Shown here piece after piece: positions 1 through 10,700 of a DNA stretch of 64,000 bases. A model generated the notes under the pieces. The model did not search any database, was not told the DNA's origin, and saw only the letters and a list, made by a program, of their open reading frames with translations. Position 1 is the first letter of the stretch; the number at the start of each line of letters is the position of its first letter. Source of the DNA: a virus (lineage: Duplodnaviria > Caudoviricetes); IMG/VR virus record IMGVR_UViG_3300011947_000001, positions 1-64,000 of that record, one strand, 5' to 3'. The translations under genes and the position numbers were made by a program.

Positions 1-1550
1 TTTGGAAGATCATCCTTATCAACCTCAAGAAAAGTCATGTGAGTAGACGCTATATCATCTAAATTCATTTTATAAAATTGCTTTGCCGCAATAGGATTTG
101 TTTTTCTAGTATTTTTAATCTTGTCTTGAGTTTCTTTAGCCTTTACTGGTGTCAAAGCAATGATTTCTGAATTTGATTCAAAAAAAGCTTTATAATCTTG
201 CATGAATTTTTCAACTTCATCGATCTTGTTTTTCCGGCAGCGTAAAATATATACACCAGTATACGATCGTCTAAATAACTCATATGCAGTTGAAATATTA
301 GTGTTGTGGGGTAATAAAATAATAGGCATATCCCTAGTAAACACATCGACTAAATTATGTGAACTTTTCTTCGAACGATTGTACTTTCCATTAAAAGCAG
401 AATAGTATGATGGTGAAGCTTTTAACCATTTACTACCATCCCAATTGTGCATGTTATAATACAAAGATTGATAAAACGATCTTGCCCCAATAATACTTTG
501 TACTACAGGTGTAAATATTGGGTTTGTGATTTGGTTTTTTACAATTGAACGCATATCAACCAAATGTTGATGGTTTTCAAATATGTTTTTCATACTACTA
601 TATGTATTTTCATATGATTCAAAAAAGAAATCCATCATATCACTATCAATATTCAAATTTGATTTTTCTACAATAGTATGAAGTGATTCAATATTTTCAG
701 GAGTGATTTCAATACGTTCGCGGTCTGGCGGAACAGTAATCATTCCAATATCACATGTATAGATTACAAAAGCCGAATTACTATAGGCACACTTAAAACC
801 AATTGATGGGAATTGAGATTGATCAATTGGATAAATTACGCCACCTTGATTAATATAAATATTTTTTGGTAGACCTTTACCATAGTAGACATCACCATAT
901 TTTTTTAATTCATAATAACCAACATCAATAATTTCCCCATCCATATATACATTTGGTTTGGTTGGAAACATTAATAACTGATTACGAATTGCAGTCAACC
1001 ATTCTTCAGTTTCACCACTATCAATTGTGATTTCAATACCACTTGGTTCATCAGTAGGTTTTGATGATAATACGATGCATCTTGGAGTGCCTTTATTTTC
1101 GCGTGAGAAGGCGTATTCAGTTCGAATGCCGTCATGTATAGACACTACTAAAAAATCGTCTGTAACGGTAAATGGCGACTTACAACCGATGCCAAAGAAA
1201 CCAACTGAATCATTTTCTTGATCTTTTGATGAACAAAACAGTTGGCCGAAAAATTTAAGAATATTTTCTTTAGATAGTCCACAACCGTAATCACGAATAA
1301 TAAACTTCCCAGTTAATTCGCTTGGTACATGAATATCAAACGGTTTATCAATAATACCGCACTGCTTATGAATATCTAATGCATTTGCTGATAGTTCACG
1401 AACAGTTGAACCAAATTTATCTTGATAAATTCCATCAATGTTCATACTGAACACTTTGGAACTAATTTGAACCCCCATTGTATACTGTTCGACATTATTA
1501 CCCATCACCATTATATCGGAATCTGGCTTGTCAGAATCATACATCTTCAT
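1..1550 (-). CDS. rIIA: rIIA-like protein (GHKL/HATPase N-domain), 3' end runs off the window
   Basis: Manual translation from ATG at 1550: MKMYDSDKPD...FGSTVRELSANALD...FIIRDYGCGLS...SSKDQENDSVGFFGIGCKSPF...SGIEITI. These are rIIA/Hsp90-like ATPase motifs. The ORF is absent from the track because it is truncated at position 1. Confidence 0.85.
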   Translation of the reverse strand, partial: MKMYDSDKPDSDIMVMGNNVEQYTMGVQISSKVFSMNIDGIYQDKFGSTVRELSANALDIHKQCGIIDKPFDIHVPSELTGKFIIRDYGCGLSKENILKFFGQLFCSSKDQENDSVGFFGIGCKSPFTVTDDFLVVSIHDGIRTEYAFSRENKGTPRCIVLSSKPTDEPSGIEITIDSGETEEWLTAIRNQLLMFPTKPNVYMDGEIIDVGYYELKKYGDVYYGKGLPKNIYINQGGVIYPIDQSQFPSIGFKCAYSNSAFVIYTCDIGMITVPPDRERIEITPENIESLHTIVEKSNLNIDSDMMDFFFESYENTYSSMKNIFENHQHLVDMRSIVKNQITNPIFTPVVQSIIGARSFYQSLYYNMHNWDGSKWLKASPSYYSAFNGKYNRSKKSSHNLVDVFTRDMPIILLPHNTNISTAYELFRRSYTGVYILRCRKNKIDEVEKFMQDYKAFFESNSEIIALTPVKAKETQDKIKNTRKTNPIAAKQFYKMNLDDIASTHMTFLEVDKDDLP

Positions 1551-1584
1551 ATCAAAAGTAACTCATGTGTTAAGATTTAATCAT

Positions 1585-1613
1585 ATTGTATATGTATCAT
1601 ATATGATTGTAAA
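1585..1613 (-). promoter_or_regulatory. sigma70-type early promoter for rIIA
   Basis: TTTACA-17 nt-TACAAT on the minus strand, upstream of ATG 1550. Confidence 0.65.
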
Positions 1614-1621
1614 CACATTTG

Positions 1622-1969
1622 TTATGATTTTCTATAAACTTCCATCAATTCATCAAAATCAATAAGAATGAAGGATAAAGTATAGCCTGATTCGATAATA
1701 CGTTGACGGCAATGTGCATCTACATTATCAACAATAGCATTATATAAAGATTCATTTAATGTATACGAGTCAACAATGACATCAAGACGTTCTTTGATGG
1801 TGTTTTCATGCACATATTTGACTGAAGGAGAAAGGATGTTGGATGGAACCAGAACATAATCTGGATCAAAATCAGTATTGCGTTTTGATGTGCGAATACC
1901 AATGACTGTGTAACGTGTATAAGAATTACCGTTTAGTAAAACAACATCACCAACATTATATTTTTTCAT
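1622..1969 (-). CDS. hypothetical protein (115 aa)
   Basis: ORF track; has its own sigma70-like promoter upstream. Confidence 0.7.
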   Translation of the reverse strand: MKKYNVGDVVLLNGNSYTRYTVIGIRTSKRNTDFDPDYVLVPSNILSPSVKYVHENTIKERLDVIVDSYTLNESLYNAIVDNVDAHCRQRIIESGYTLSFILIDFDELMEVYRKS

Positions 1970-2001
1970 TTTAGAATCCCAATAGATTTCCTGATAACCG
2001 C

Positions 2002-2030
2002 AGTATATCAGCTTGTTAGCTTAAATACAA
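2002..2030 (-). promoter_or_regulatory. sigma70-type promoter, overlapping the divergent TTAAATA at 2021-2027
   Basis: TTGTAT-17 nt-TATACT on the minus strand. Confidence 0.6.
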
Positions 2031-2055
2031 ATATGAAATAAATTGACAATTAGAA

Positions 2056-2811
2056 ATGAAATACAAAGATTATATAACTGAAAGCATTGCCAAATATGAA
2101 AGAAAGAAGGTTATCCAATTAGATGAATGCGTTAATATATTCAAGGATCGCTGTAAAAAGTATGATTTAGATAAACCATTCATTCGTGGTTATACCAGTG
2201 ATAAATCATACTTGATCGTTCAAGGGGATATTACTAAACGTATTAGTCGAACTGGTAGTAATCACGCAAATATGATCATCGATCTTAATATCGAAGATGT
2301 TAGTAAATCAAATCCACGTAGACAATATTCAACTATATTCAGCGGCCCTAAAGCTAAAGAACATGCCTTGCAATTTGGCACTAAAAGTTACGTCCTCATT
2401 CCTTATGACGACTGTTCATTTGGTTATTGCGAAGGTATTGATTTGAACTATATGGAAATGCCAGATATGGGGAATGCACCATACGGATCAGCAATTGGCC
2501 TATCTAAATTCTTAAAGTTGAATGATGTTGGTGATGAAGATATTAAATCTATGGCTGAAGAATGCATGGAGTTATCGAGTGATGAATATGCTATGAGTAA
2601 ATTTAAAAAGATGTTTGAAGGATGTGATAGCATACCAAAAACTATTGAACGTCTGAAAACTTTGTTACCATTGAATAAGTTGAAAATCAAGTTCACGAAA
2701 GATTTAAATACGCTAAAAGATACCAATTATGAAATCTGGACAAATGGTAAATGTCTATTGGTTGAACAGAACCTTTATAAAGAATTTGTGGAAAAAGTGA
2801 AAGAAAAATGA
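2056..2811 (+). CDS. putative internal virion protein, ADP-ribosyltransferase-like paralogue 1
   Basis: N-terminus MKYKDYITE; motifs PFIRG, RISRTGSNH, RRQYSTIFS, FG-x-x-x-YVLIPYD and EIWTNGKC shared with six other ORFs in the window. Confidence 0.6.
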   Translation: MKYKDYITESIAKYERKKVIQLDECVNIFKDRCKKYDLDKPFIRGYTSDKSYLIVQGDITKRISRTGSNHANMIIDLNIEDVSKSNPRRQYSTIFSGPKAKEHALQFGTKSYVLIPYDDCSFGYCEGIDLNYMEMPDMGNAPYGSAIGLSKFLKLNDVGDEDIKSMAEECMELSSDEYAMSKFKKMFEGCDSIPKTIERLKTLLPLNKLKIKFTKDLNTLKDTNYEIWTNGKCLLVEQNLYKEFVEKVKEK

Positions 2812-3521
2812 AATACAAAGATTTTCTGAATGAAAATTCAATGAGGGACTTGATCGACTTATTTTTGGAAAATTGCTCCCAATATGATCTGGATGAACCA
2901 TTTATCAGGGGAACAAAAAATTTAGGATTTATCCGCAAAGTTACCAAAAAAGAACGTGAATCTATTACTGGCTCTAATATGACGAATATCATTATTGATC
3001 ATCTTATTGGGGAACATCCAAAACGAAATCAATCGAATATATTCACAACGTATAGTGGCCGTCATCATGCAAATAGGTTTGATCATTTACACGTGATCAT
3101 TCCATTTGATAATTGTAAATTTACATATTGTGATGCCGAAGACTTCAACTATATCGAAGTTCCAGAACTGGAAGGTGAAGTTGGCGATATATCTATGATT
3201 TTATCTATCAATAACATTGAAGGTAAATCATACGATGAAATTATTAACAAGATATATGAAAAGTCGAAGAAAGCTAGTGAAAATGATTATCTAACCACTG
3301 AATTATTCAAGAACATCAAAAGCAAAGAAGATGTTGATAAACAGATGCGTCAAATATTCGACCTGAATAAATTAGGGATTAAGTTTACTGACAACTTGAA
3401 TTCACTAAAAGGTAAAGCACGTGAAATATGGACTGATGGGGATTGTATATTAGTTGATTATGCAAGAATTAAAGCTTTTAAAAAAATGATTGAAGAAAGA
3501 AAGAAAGAAAAGGATAAATAA
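2808..3521 (+). CDS. putative internal virion protein, ADP-ribosyltransferase-like paralogue 2
   Basis: MKYKDFLNE; PFIRG, RESITGSN, RNQSNIFTT, HVIIPFD, EIWTDGDC; tandem paralogue of 2056..2811 with an ATGA overlap. Confidence 0.6.
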   Translation: MKYKDFLNENSMRDLIDLFLENCSQYDLDEPFIRGTKNLGFIRKVTKKERESITGSNMTNIIIDHLIGEHPKRNQSNIFTTYSGRHHANRFDHLHVIIPFDNCKFTYCDAEDFNYIEVPELEGEVGDISMILSINNIEGKSYDEIINKIYEKSKKASENDYLTTELFKNIKSKEDVDKQMRQIFDLNKLGIKFTDNLNSLKGKAREIWTDGDCILVDYARIKAFKKMIEERKKEKDK

Positions 3522-3522
3522 A

Positions 3523-4200
3523 ATGAAATTTGCAGATTTCCTACTCACAGAAGCACCCCTACCTGATAATTGGGATAAGAAACCATTCAAGAAAGGTGCT
3601 TCGTTCAAAGAAACAGTTTCATATGCACAAGAACGTGCTGCAAAATTAGGTACTGGATCAAGTCGAATCGCTTTTGAGATTGAATACAAAGGTCGTCCAA
3701 CTGTACTAAAAGTTGCCAAGAATAAGAAAGGTATTGCACAAAACGTTGCTGAAGTTGGTTATCTTGAAGATGGATATGCTTCTGAAATGGGCCTTCTAAT
3801 TCCTATGATCGATTACGATGAAGAAAATGGGGATGATGGTGTTAAATGGATTCATATGGAAAAAGCAGATAAGATTACCGATAAAGATTTCATCAAATAT
3901 ACTGGTGGTATGACATGTAGTGGTTTGGTTGTTTATTGTTGGAATCAAGTCGCATATGGTAGTAAACGTATGCCGTATGGGATGCCAGATAAAGAATGTA
4001 TCGATAAGGTTCTAAAACACTTTGAAGATAAGGAACATCACTTAGTTAATGAATTAGTCGATTTCTTCCATAATTATGATGATGCTGGTCAAATATGGAA
4101 AGATTTACGTAATCCGAAAAACTGGGGTATGTATAAAGGACACCCAGTTATTATTGATATCGGCTTTGATGATACCACGGCGCATTTATACACCAAATAA
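3523..4200 (+). CDS. protein-kinase-like (PKL fold) protein with capsid-targeting-like N-terminus
   Basis: Start at ATG 3523 gives MKFADFLLTE; Gly-loop LGTGSSRIAF, VLKVA Lys, NVAE helix-C Glu, catalytic loop DLRNPKN, DFG-like IDIG. Confidence 0.75.
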   Translation: MKFADFLLTEAPLPDNWDKKPFKKGASFKETVSYAQERAAKLGTGSSRIAFEIEYKGRPTVLKVAKNKKGIAQNVAEVGYLEDGYASEMGLLIPMIDYDEENGDDGVKWIHMEKADKITDKDFIKYTGGMTCSGLVVYCWNQVAYGSKRMPYGMPDKECIDKVLKHFEDKEHHLVNELVDFFHNYDDAGQIWKDLRNPKNWGMYKGHPVIIDIGFDDTTAHLYTK

Positions 4201-4203
4201 TTA

Positions 4204-4229
4204 AAAAGGGAATCAATTGATTCCCTTTT
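4204..4229. terminator. bidirectional intrinsic terminator
   Basis: Perfect palindrome AAAAGGGAATCAATTGATTCCCTTTT between convergent genes. Confidence 0.8.
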
Positions 4230-4353
4230 CGTTTATTCTGTATAAAATTTATGATAATCCGAAACATCTAATGAGTTCACCATCTGCAACAGGCACTATG
4301 ATAAACGTGGATTATATCCATTAGTAATCGGTTTATAAATTAATTTCGGTATA

Positions 4354-4713
4354 TTAGATATTCCCCACACCAGTTACTTTATATAACTTACCATTACCAT
4401 CATGATAATGAATTGAGTTAATCTTATACATTTGCACGAAGTTCCCATCTGCATGATAATCAATATCTTTTCCGAATTCGATGTAATTCACTGGATCGAA
4501 ATCATATTCGAAATAATCCTTATCTTCATCTTCCAAGAACGCAATGAACGATGGTAATATTTCGATCAATTGTTCTTCTGTGCAATAAACTGATATTTCA
4601 GGGTATGAAATTCCTTGTTTACACGTGGTCGCTGTAAGACGAATTACGTAATGCTCTTTTTTTATAGGTTGTTCAATCAAAGTGTAATTTAATATTTTGT
4701 CTTCAATACTCAT
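4354..4713 (-). CDS. hypothetical protein (119 aa)
   Basis: ORF track; preceded by a near-consensus promoter. Confidence 0.75.
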   Translation of the reverse strand: MSIEDKILNYTLIEQPIKKEHYVIRLTATTCKQGISYPEISVYCTEEQLIEILPSFIAFLEDEDKDYFEYDFDPVNYIEFGKDIDYHADGNFVQMYKINSIHYHDGNGKLYKVTGVGNI

Positions 4714-4743
4714 TTATATTCATCCATATAAGCCTTGAATTGA

Positions 4744-4772
4744 ATAGTACCAAATGAAATCATATTTGTCAA
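4744..4772 (-). promoter_or_regulatory. sigma70-type early promoter
   Basis: TTGACA-17 nt-TACTAT. Confidence 0.8.
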
Positions 4773-4794
4773 AAAGGAACCATTCGGCTCCTTT

Positions 4795-5919
4795 TTATAA
4801 CGGTTTGATTTCCAAAATTTTAAATAAGTTGATTGTGCGATATACCCGCTTATTTTCCTTTTTAGATAGGTTATTATCAATAACAACTAAAGTGTCAATC
4901 TTTTGTGTAACTTGCGAATCTGAACCTAATAAAGTAAATTCACCAGTACGAATATCCCCATTCAACTTACGATATTTACAATATACCGTAAAATCAGGAA
5001 TCTTTTCAGCTAAAGCCATAAGTGTACGTTTAGAATACTCATTTCTAGCCATAACATGGGCTTCTTTCTCCACGGCTTGATTTGAATTACCCAACTTTGC
5101 TTTTTTAGTATCTGCAACTTCTCTTGATGGAAATTTCTTATCCATTTCCTTAGAAAGTTTTTGTTCAGCATCAGCATCAGTTACCCGACTAAAATTCTTG
5201 ACACTTTTATAACCATCAGAATCCACTTTTGTAGATGCACGGGTTTTCTTAAACATTTCATTTTCTAATTCTTTTTCTATATTAGATAATGTTTTATCAA
5301 CCTTTTTTTCATCTTCTTTAGATTGTTGACTTTGAGTTTTGCCATTGAATGTGACTTCTGGTTGTTCTGAATCTTTTTCTTTTTGTCGATCGCTAATTTC
5401 TTTTGCACGTTGATCACGAAGTTCTTTTTCTTTTGTTGCTAGTTCTTGTTGTTCTTTGCGCTTCTGTTCAGCATATTCGCGCATTTTATCAGCGAATGTT
5501 TGTGGTTTGGGCTTATCTTGATCTTCCGGTTTTTTACCAAATGTATACTGGGTATTCAGATTACTAGATTGTGAGTCTTCTTTCCCGATTTTTTTCTTTA
5601 ATCCAAGACGAACAGCTAAAGATATTTCTTTCTCTTTTGGGTTAACTTCTTGTTCTTGTGAAACATCATTTGGATTATTACGAAGTACCATTTCTTCGAT
5701 TTTAGAATCTTTTTTTGAATCCTTATCATCCGCTTTGATGATTTTAGTACCACCAGATTTAAAATGATTATCATCAGTAATTTTCTTGCGCAATTCATCT
5801 TCGGTAAAATGTTTGAGTACATCATACCCATACAATCCCTTTTCCTTGATTGATTCAATAAAATCATCAACGCTGATTTGTTCATCAACTGATTCAGATA
5901 AGTATACTGCAAAATTCAT
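4795..5919 (-). CDS. highly charged (K/E/D/Q) putative internal head protein with a small C-terminal beta domain
   Basis: MNFAVYLSE N-terminus; long charged low-complexity middle; C-terminal VYCKYRKLNGDIRTGEF resembles DUF2693/WYL_2-type SH3 folds (weak). Confidence 0.55.
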   Translation of the reverse strand: MNFAVYLSESVDEQISVDDFIESIKEKGLYGYDVLKHFTEDELRKKITDDNHFKSGGTKIIKADDKDSKKDSKIEEMVLRNNPNDVSQEQEVNPKEKEISLAVRLGLKKKIGKEDSQSSNLNTQYTFGKKPEDQDKPKPQTFADKMREYAEQKRKEQQELATKEKELRDQRAKEISDRQKEKDSEQPEVTFNGKTQSQQSKEDEKKVDKTLSNIEKELENEMFKKTRASTKVDSDGYKSVKNFSRVTDADAEQKLSKEMDKKFPSREVADTKKAKLGNSNQAVEKEAHVMARNEYSKRTLMALAEKIPDFTVYCKYRKLNGDIRTGEFTLLGSDSQVTQKIDTLVVIDNNLSKKENKRVYRTINLFKILEIKPL

Positions 5920-5938
5920 CGTTAAATCTTCTTTATAA

Positions 5939-6529
5939 TTATTCTAGGTTTCTTCTAATATGCTTCACTTTATAAACGTTATTTGATATTTCTAATTCAT
6001 CCATACCATCAGCAAGTTTTAACTTGAATGATGGAGATATAACATAAGCGATTAATCCATTATCAAGTCGTGTCTTTATTGCTTTGAATTTACCATCTAA
6101 TATGTAAATCGAATAACCTTCTTTTGGCAAGCCAATTGTATTCTTAATATTATTTAAGCTTCCAGTAAAACCAACAACATAATTGTGATCATGTATATTA
6201 TTAGTTGCTATACAATAAACTGGTTTATGGTTATATTCCCTTGCGTTAAAAAGAAGGTCGTCAACTGTTTTATTTGGAAGTGTGCTATATATAAGTGAAT
6301 CAATTGAATCTTCTAAATCAAAATCTACTGGATAATGTTTATCTACATAATCTTTTACTTTTTGAAAAAGCACATCATTATTATAACGATGAAAATTTCT
6401 GATGATAAGTTTATCATCCCGCTTTACATATATATTCTTATTCTTAATATATAAAGGTTCATCTACAAAAGCCGAAAGTTCATTTTCGATTTTTGTAGAT
6501 GACTCGATTAAAAACTGTGAATATTTCAT
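5939..6529 (-). CDS. putative internal virion protein, possibly a degenerate member of the ART-like family
   Basis: MKYSQFLIE; EPLY, SLIYST and YILDGKFKAI echo family motifs, but the Arg and Glu are missing; TTAAATA upstream (6551-6557). Confidence 0.45.
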   Translation of the reverse strand: MKYSQFLIESSTKIENELSAFVDEPLYIKNKNIYVKRDDKLIIRNFHRYNNDVLFQKVKDYVDKHYPVDFDLEDSIDSLIYSTLPNKTVDDLLFNAREYNHKPVYCIATNNIHDHNYVVGFTGSLNNIKNTIGLPKEGYSIYILDGKFKAIKTRLDNGLIAYVISPSFKLKLADGMDELEISNNVYKVKHIRRNLE

Positions 6530-6562
6530 TAAATAAAACTCTTTTTATTATATTTAATGAAG

Positions 6563-7345
6563 TTATCCCATAAATGGTTGGATTGGTAGACTGTACTGAT
6601 CTTTAAGTTTAAGTTCTAGTTCAGAAATTTCCTGTAGAGCTTGTTGTAATAATGCTTCCCCATTCAACATTCCGCCACCCACCAATGGAATATTACTAAA
6701 TTTCCCAATATTTGTCGCCCACTGCTTTTTAATTAAAGCTGTAGTATATTGCTTTAACCAAGGATCATTATATACTGAACCAACATCATCTGGATCATCA
6801 TATTTAAAACAATCCAATCCAATCACATCACCTACTTTCGCTTTATTCCATTTGAAATCTGGAATAGTTAATGATTCCTGATGTACTTTATATACAGTGA
6901 CACGAATTAAAGAATTGTTGAGAATCGAATTGAAAGTCGAAAGGTAGTTTTGAGTTACCGCATAATTTGTAAGACCAGCACCCATTCCACTTGATGATGA
7001 ACTATATGTTTGGGAAATTAAATCAGAAAAATAAGCTTGCATTTGCAAATTTCCTGTATTTCCAGAACCAAACATAGTAGGGTCACTTGGTAAATATACA
7101 CCAATTACTGATAATATACCTGATGGCAACTTAAATTTTTGATTATCAATTTCATCTTGGGTTAATCTATGAACATAAACTTCTCTATATGCACCATCCA
7201 TATGAAAATTAATAAATATATCCAAAGCATCATCAATTCGATCATCTATTTGATCTTCAGTGATATTAATTCGAACAACTGGTGCACCCAAAGCACGTAA
7301 ACAATATTGTGCTAATGTGAACCTATCATTGATCATTTTACGCAT
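6563..7345 (-). CDS. gp13: neck protein gp13
   Basis: YCLRALGAPVVRINITEDQIDDRIDDAL...WLKQYTTALIKKQWATNIGKFSNIPLVGGGMLNG is typical T4-like gp13. Confidence 0.92.
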   Translation of the reverse strand: MRKMINDRFTLAQYCLRALGAPVVRINITEDQIDDRIDDALDIFINFHMDGAYREVYVHRLTQDEIDNQKFKLPSGILSVIGVYLPSDPTMFGSGNTGNLQMQAYFSDLISQTYSSSSSGMGAGLTNYAVTQNYLSTFNSILNNSLIRVTVYKVHQESLTIPDFKWNKAKVGDVIGLDCFKYDDPDDVGSVYNDPWLKQYTTALIKKQWATNIGKFSNIPLVGGGMLNGEALLQQALQEISELELKLKDQYSLPIQPFMG

Positions 7346-7530
7346 TTAATTAATCCCTTCCCCATTAGTAAATCTTCAGCCGACTTTAAAATTTTAATTT
7401 CATTGCAGCTTTTATATTTCTTATCATGAATAATATTCTGAATATCTTTAATATCCTGCAAACAGGCATCAATATCTATATTATATTTTTTACAAAGAAA
7501 TTTAATTTCATCATCGCTTAAAGTTTTCAT
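7333..7530 (-). CDS. hypothetical protein (65 aa)
   Basis: ORF overlapping both neighbours in the late operon. Confidence 0.65.
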   Translation of the reverse strand: MKTLSDDEIKFLCKKYNIDIDACLQDIKDIQNIIHDKKYKSCNEIKILKSAEDLLMGKGLIKCVK

Positions 7531-7772
7531 TTTTCACTTCTCAAGTAGTCTAATACCAAATCTAACTTCTTCTGAAGATCATCTACTTTGTTTTCTAACA
7601 TTTCGTTTTTCTGAATCAGTTCGTCTAATTTTAATTCACGCTGCTTCATTTCGGCTGCTTTTGTGCGTCTGGCCTTGGCCGCATTAAATGCGGCCGTATC
7701 CTTATCAACTATTGCCCCATTGTTACGCTTCACTAATGAATCGTAACCCTGTACTTTTGCATCTTTTATCAT
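7527..7772 (-). CDS. small coiled-coil protein of the type that follows VrlC-like genes in T4-like phages
   Basis: KVQGYDSLVKRNNGAIVDKD...LENKVDDLQKKLDLVL. Confidence 0.65.
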   Translation of the reverse strand: MIKDAKVQGYDSLVKRNNGAIVDKDTAAFNAAKARRTKAAEMKQRELKLDELIQKNEMLENKVDDLQKKLDLVLDYLRSEK

Positions 7773-10700
7773 GTTATCGCTATCGCTCTCAAATTTTCAA
7801 ACACTACTGGTTGTGAAGAATTAGATGATTTTCCAACCAACTTCACACGATAAGCAATGTATTCAATATCATCATTCCAAGTAGATGCATTTTCAGAAAG
7901 CGTTAGGTCATATTCAATCTTATCACCCATTCCATTGCTGAAACGCTTCTTATTATATTGATCTACTTTTATCCACGGTAATGTTGAATCATCCACATTA
8001 TTTTGTGCACTAACAACTTTAACATATACTTCAAAATCAGATTCGCTTGTGCAATACACATCAAAAATTATTTTCATATCTGATGCAGGATTTTCCAGCA
8101 ATACTTTGTGTGATATATGCTTGAACGTTTCTGAACCTGAAGTTGGACTTGTTTCTGAAACTAATCGTGCATTCTTGTTAGGACTTACATTATATTTATC
8201 CGCCGTTAGTAATTCGATACGGTTTGATATAGTAGTCACAGAAAACGAATCCAAATTAAATACAGGGCTAATGTATGGTGATGTTAGACGACACTGTACA
8301 TCAACCTTAAATGAATGTTTATTGGCCCCAAGAATACGTGTTTCATTTACACCAGAAAGCAATACACTTGGTCTTTCCAAATACATGTCATGTTGTGGTT
8401 TAATTTCTTTCGGGTCTTCATAACCACCAGCATGTTTAAACGTATTCGCTACCCATGATACATTTGCATTATAAGATAGATATTGACCAGCCACGTTAAA
8501 TGAATCATATTTAACATTGGTATTACGAATATAAATATTACCACCGCCAAAACGACCTGATTGTTCAAATGCACCTTCAATTTCAATAATAAAAGAATCT
8601 ATTGAATCTACTTCACGAACTATATGTTTTTTGGCAAATAGTGATAATGATTTACCAGCAATATTAGCAGGAATACCAATATCAGTGGTTTTTCTAATAT
8701 ATCCAGTTGCAATATTTTGTGTGATTGGTAAACCACTTGCCCCAGTATCACTAATCAAGAATATATCACGGTATTCATACTGACGGGCTTCACAGGTGAT
8801 TTCCTGACCTTCTTCAAAATAACCTTCCATACCACTAATTGATATTTCATAGAAATTCAATGTATTGGTGATACGAATATCTTTAATATATCCACTACCA
8901 GTAAGTGTAGAAACAGGTTGATCAATTTGCGGCATACCATTAATAATTTCAACAGTATAGTAAACCCCATTATCAAACATGATCGTAGCTTGGTCATTTG
9001 GACGCAATCCATGATTTTTGGCATATATACGTACTTTGTTTACACCCTGTTCAACTTCTATTGGATTATCATCACAATGAACACTATATGAATATGATTC
9101 ATCAGATTGATCATTCTGTGTATTCACTAGAGATAAGTTAAAGAAGTCAGATTTGAATGCACAACGGTAAATATTCAACTTCATTGTATCAAATTGATAT
9201 GCCGTCCAAGTATCACCATTCAATGAACGGAACATTGTATAACCTAATGGTGGCTGTTCAAGGATTGATTCACTGTTAAGTAACTTATCTCCAAGTGTTG
9301 ATACATACACGCGAGTATTTGGAGAATAACCACCTACTACAAATGCATATGATTTAGAAGAATCAACATATACAGGTGCATTAAAAACAACTGTATAAGC
9401 TTTACTAGCATCATCAGATACATAATCAAGTAATGTTCTAGCGTTCACTTCAACATGTGTAATACCTTCATTAGATGGATACCCATTTACCATTTCACGA
9501 ATTTCAAACCATACCACATCACTTCTATCATCAACAGCAGCAAAAAATACATCTACTTTAGAAATAAAACATGATTCATTTACTTTAAAACCTTGGGCAA
9601 TAGGGTCCCAAATCCAACGCGCGCCATTCCAAACCCAGTGCCAAATGCTTGAAAAACCTGGCAATCTTGGCGGCATCTCAGGGCCATCTAAAACTGGTGG
9701 TGCTGGTTGTGGAATATCAACAGTAGATACTTCACGTGATACTGATGTATTTGTTCTATTTTGATTTGATGTATTCACACTATATGTTGGAGTGATCACA
9801 TTCATAGTGTAATCTTGTTTTGTAGTAGATACACCACCAGCAAAGTAGATTGCTTCGCAACGTGAAGTTTCAACATCTGGATTACCAGTATTATTTTGAT
9901 CATTTGTCAAAACAAATACTTTTTCCCCAGTGAAAAAGGTTTCTGCTGGAATACGGAATTCACCAGTCAAGTTACCATCATTATCAGAAATTAATGGTGA
10001 TGCGCCAAATACAGCTTGTGCACGGTTAGTTAACACATCGCCTGATGAGGAAATCTGTTGAGTTTTTTTACAATGTTCTGATACATCAATACCATCAAAA
10101 TAAGCATAGAATTTAGTGTTTGGACTCAACTTGGTTGCATAAAACTGAATAGTTTGAGTACGAATATAAGGGATGATTGATACATCCTTCACAATATCAT
10201 CAATTGAGTAGTTTTGAGTACGTGATCCCACACTCGTTGTAGTTACACTTCGAGTTTGATCAGTAGTCGTGGTCGTTATGGTTTCAGTTGTACGCTGTGT
10301 ATTTGTTTCAGTAGTATTAGTAGATGTAGCAATACTCTGGTTTAAATCGATCCATGTTCCATAATCCACACCTAACAATCCTGCTGCATCAGCTACTTGA
10401 CGTAAAGCTTCAACACCAGTATCTATATTAGCCACAACTGTTGGTAAACGTGTGGTGTCTGACCAAGTATCGATGTTAGGTGATAGAGTCATCGTGCCAT
10501 GCGTTCTATATACCATATATGGATTGATAGATAATGTTTTAGTAGCATATGTGTTAGAGATGAATAAATCATCAGTATAATCACATATCAACACATTACC
10601 CAATCGTTTAACATTACTTGAATTGGTATCAAAATATTCTAAACGGACATTTGATGTTTTGAATTGTGGACGCAATTCACCCATTGAACGATCAATTGAC

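Noticed and set aside
4754-5080. Antisense and overlapping ORFs in the track (e.g. 4754+, 8049+, 31624+, 41183+, 45856-, 63022+)
   Set aside because: They are shadows of longer, well-supported genes on the opposite strand or frame and have no motifs or SD of their own
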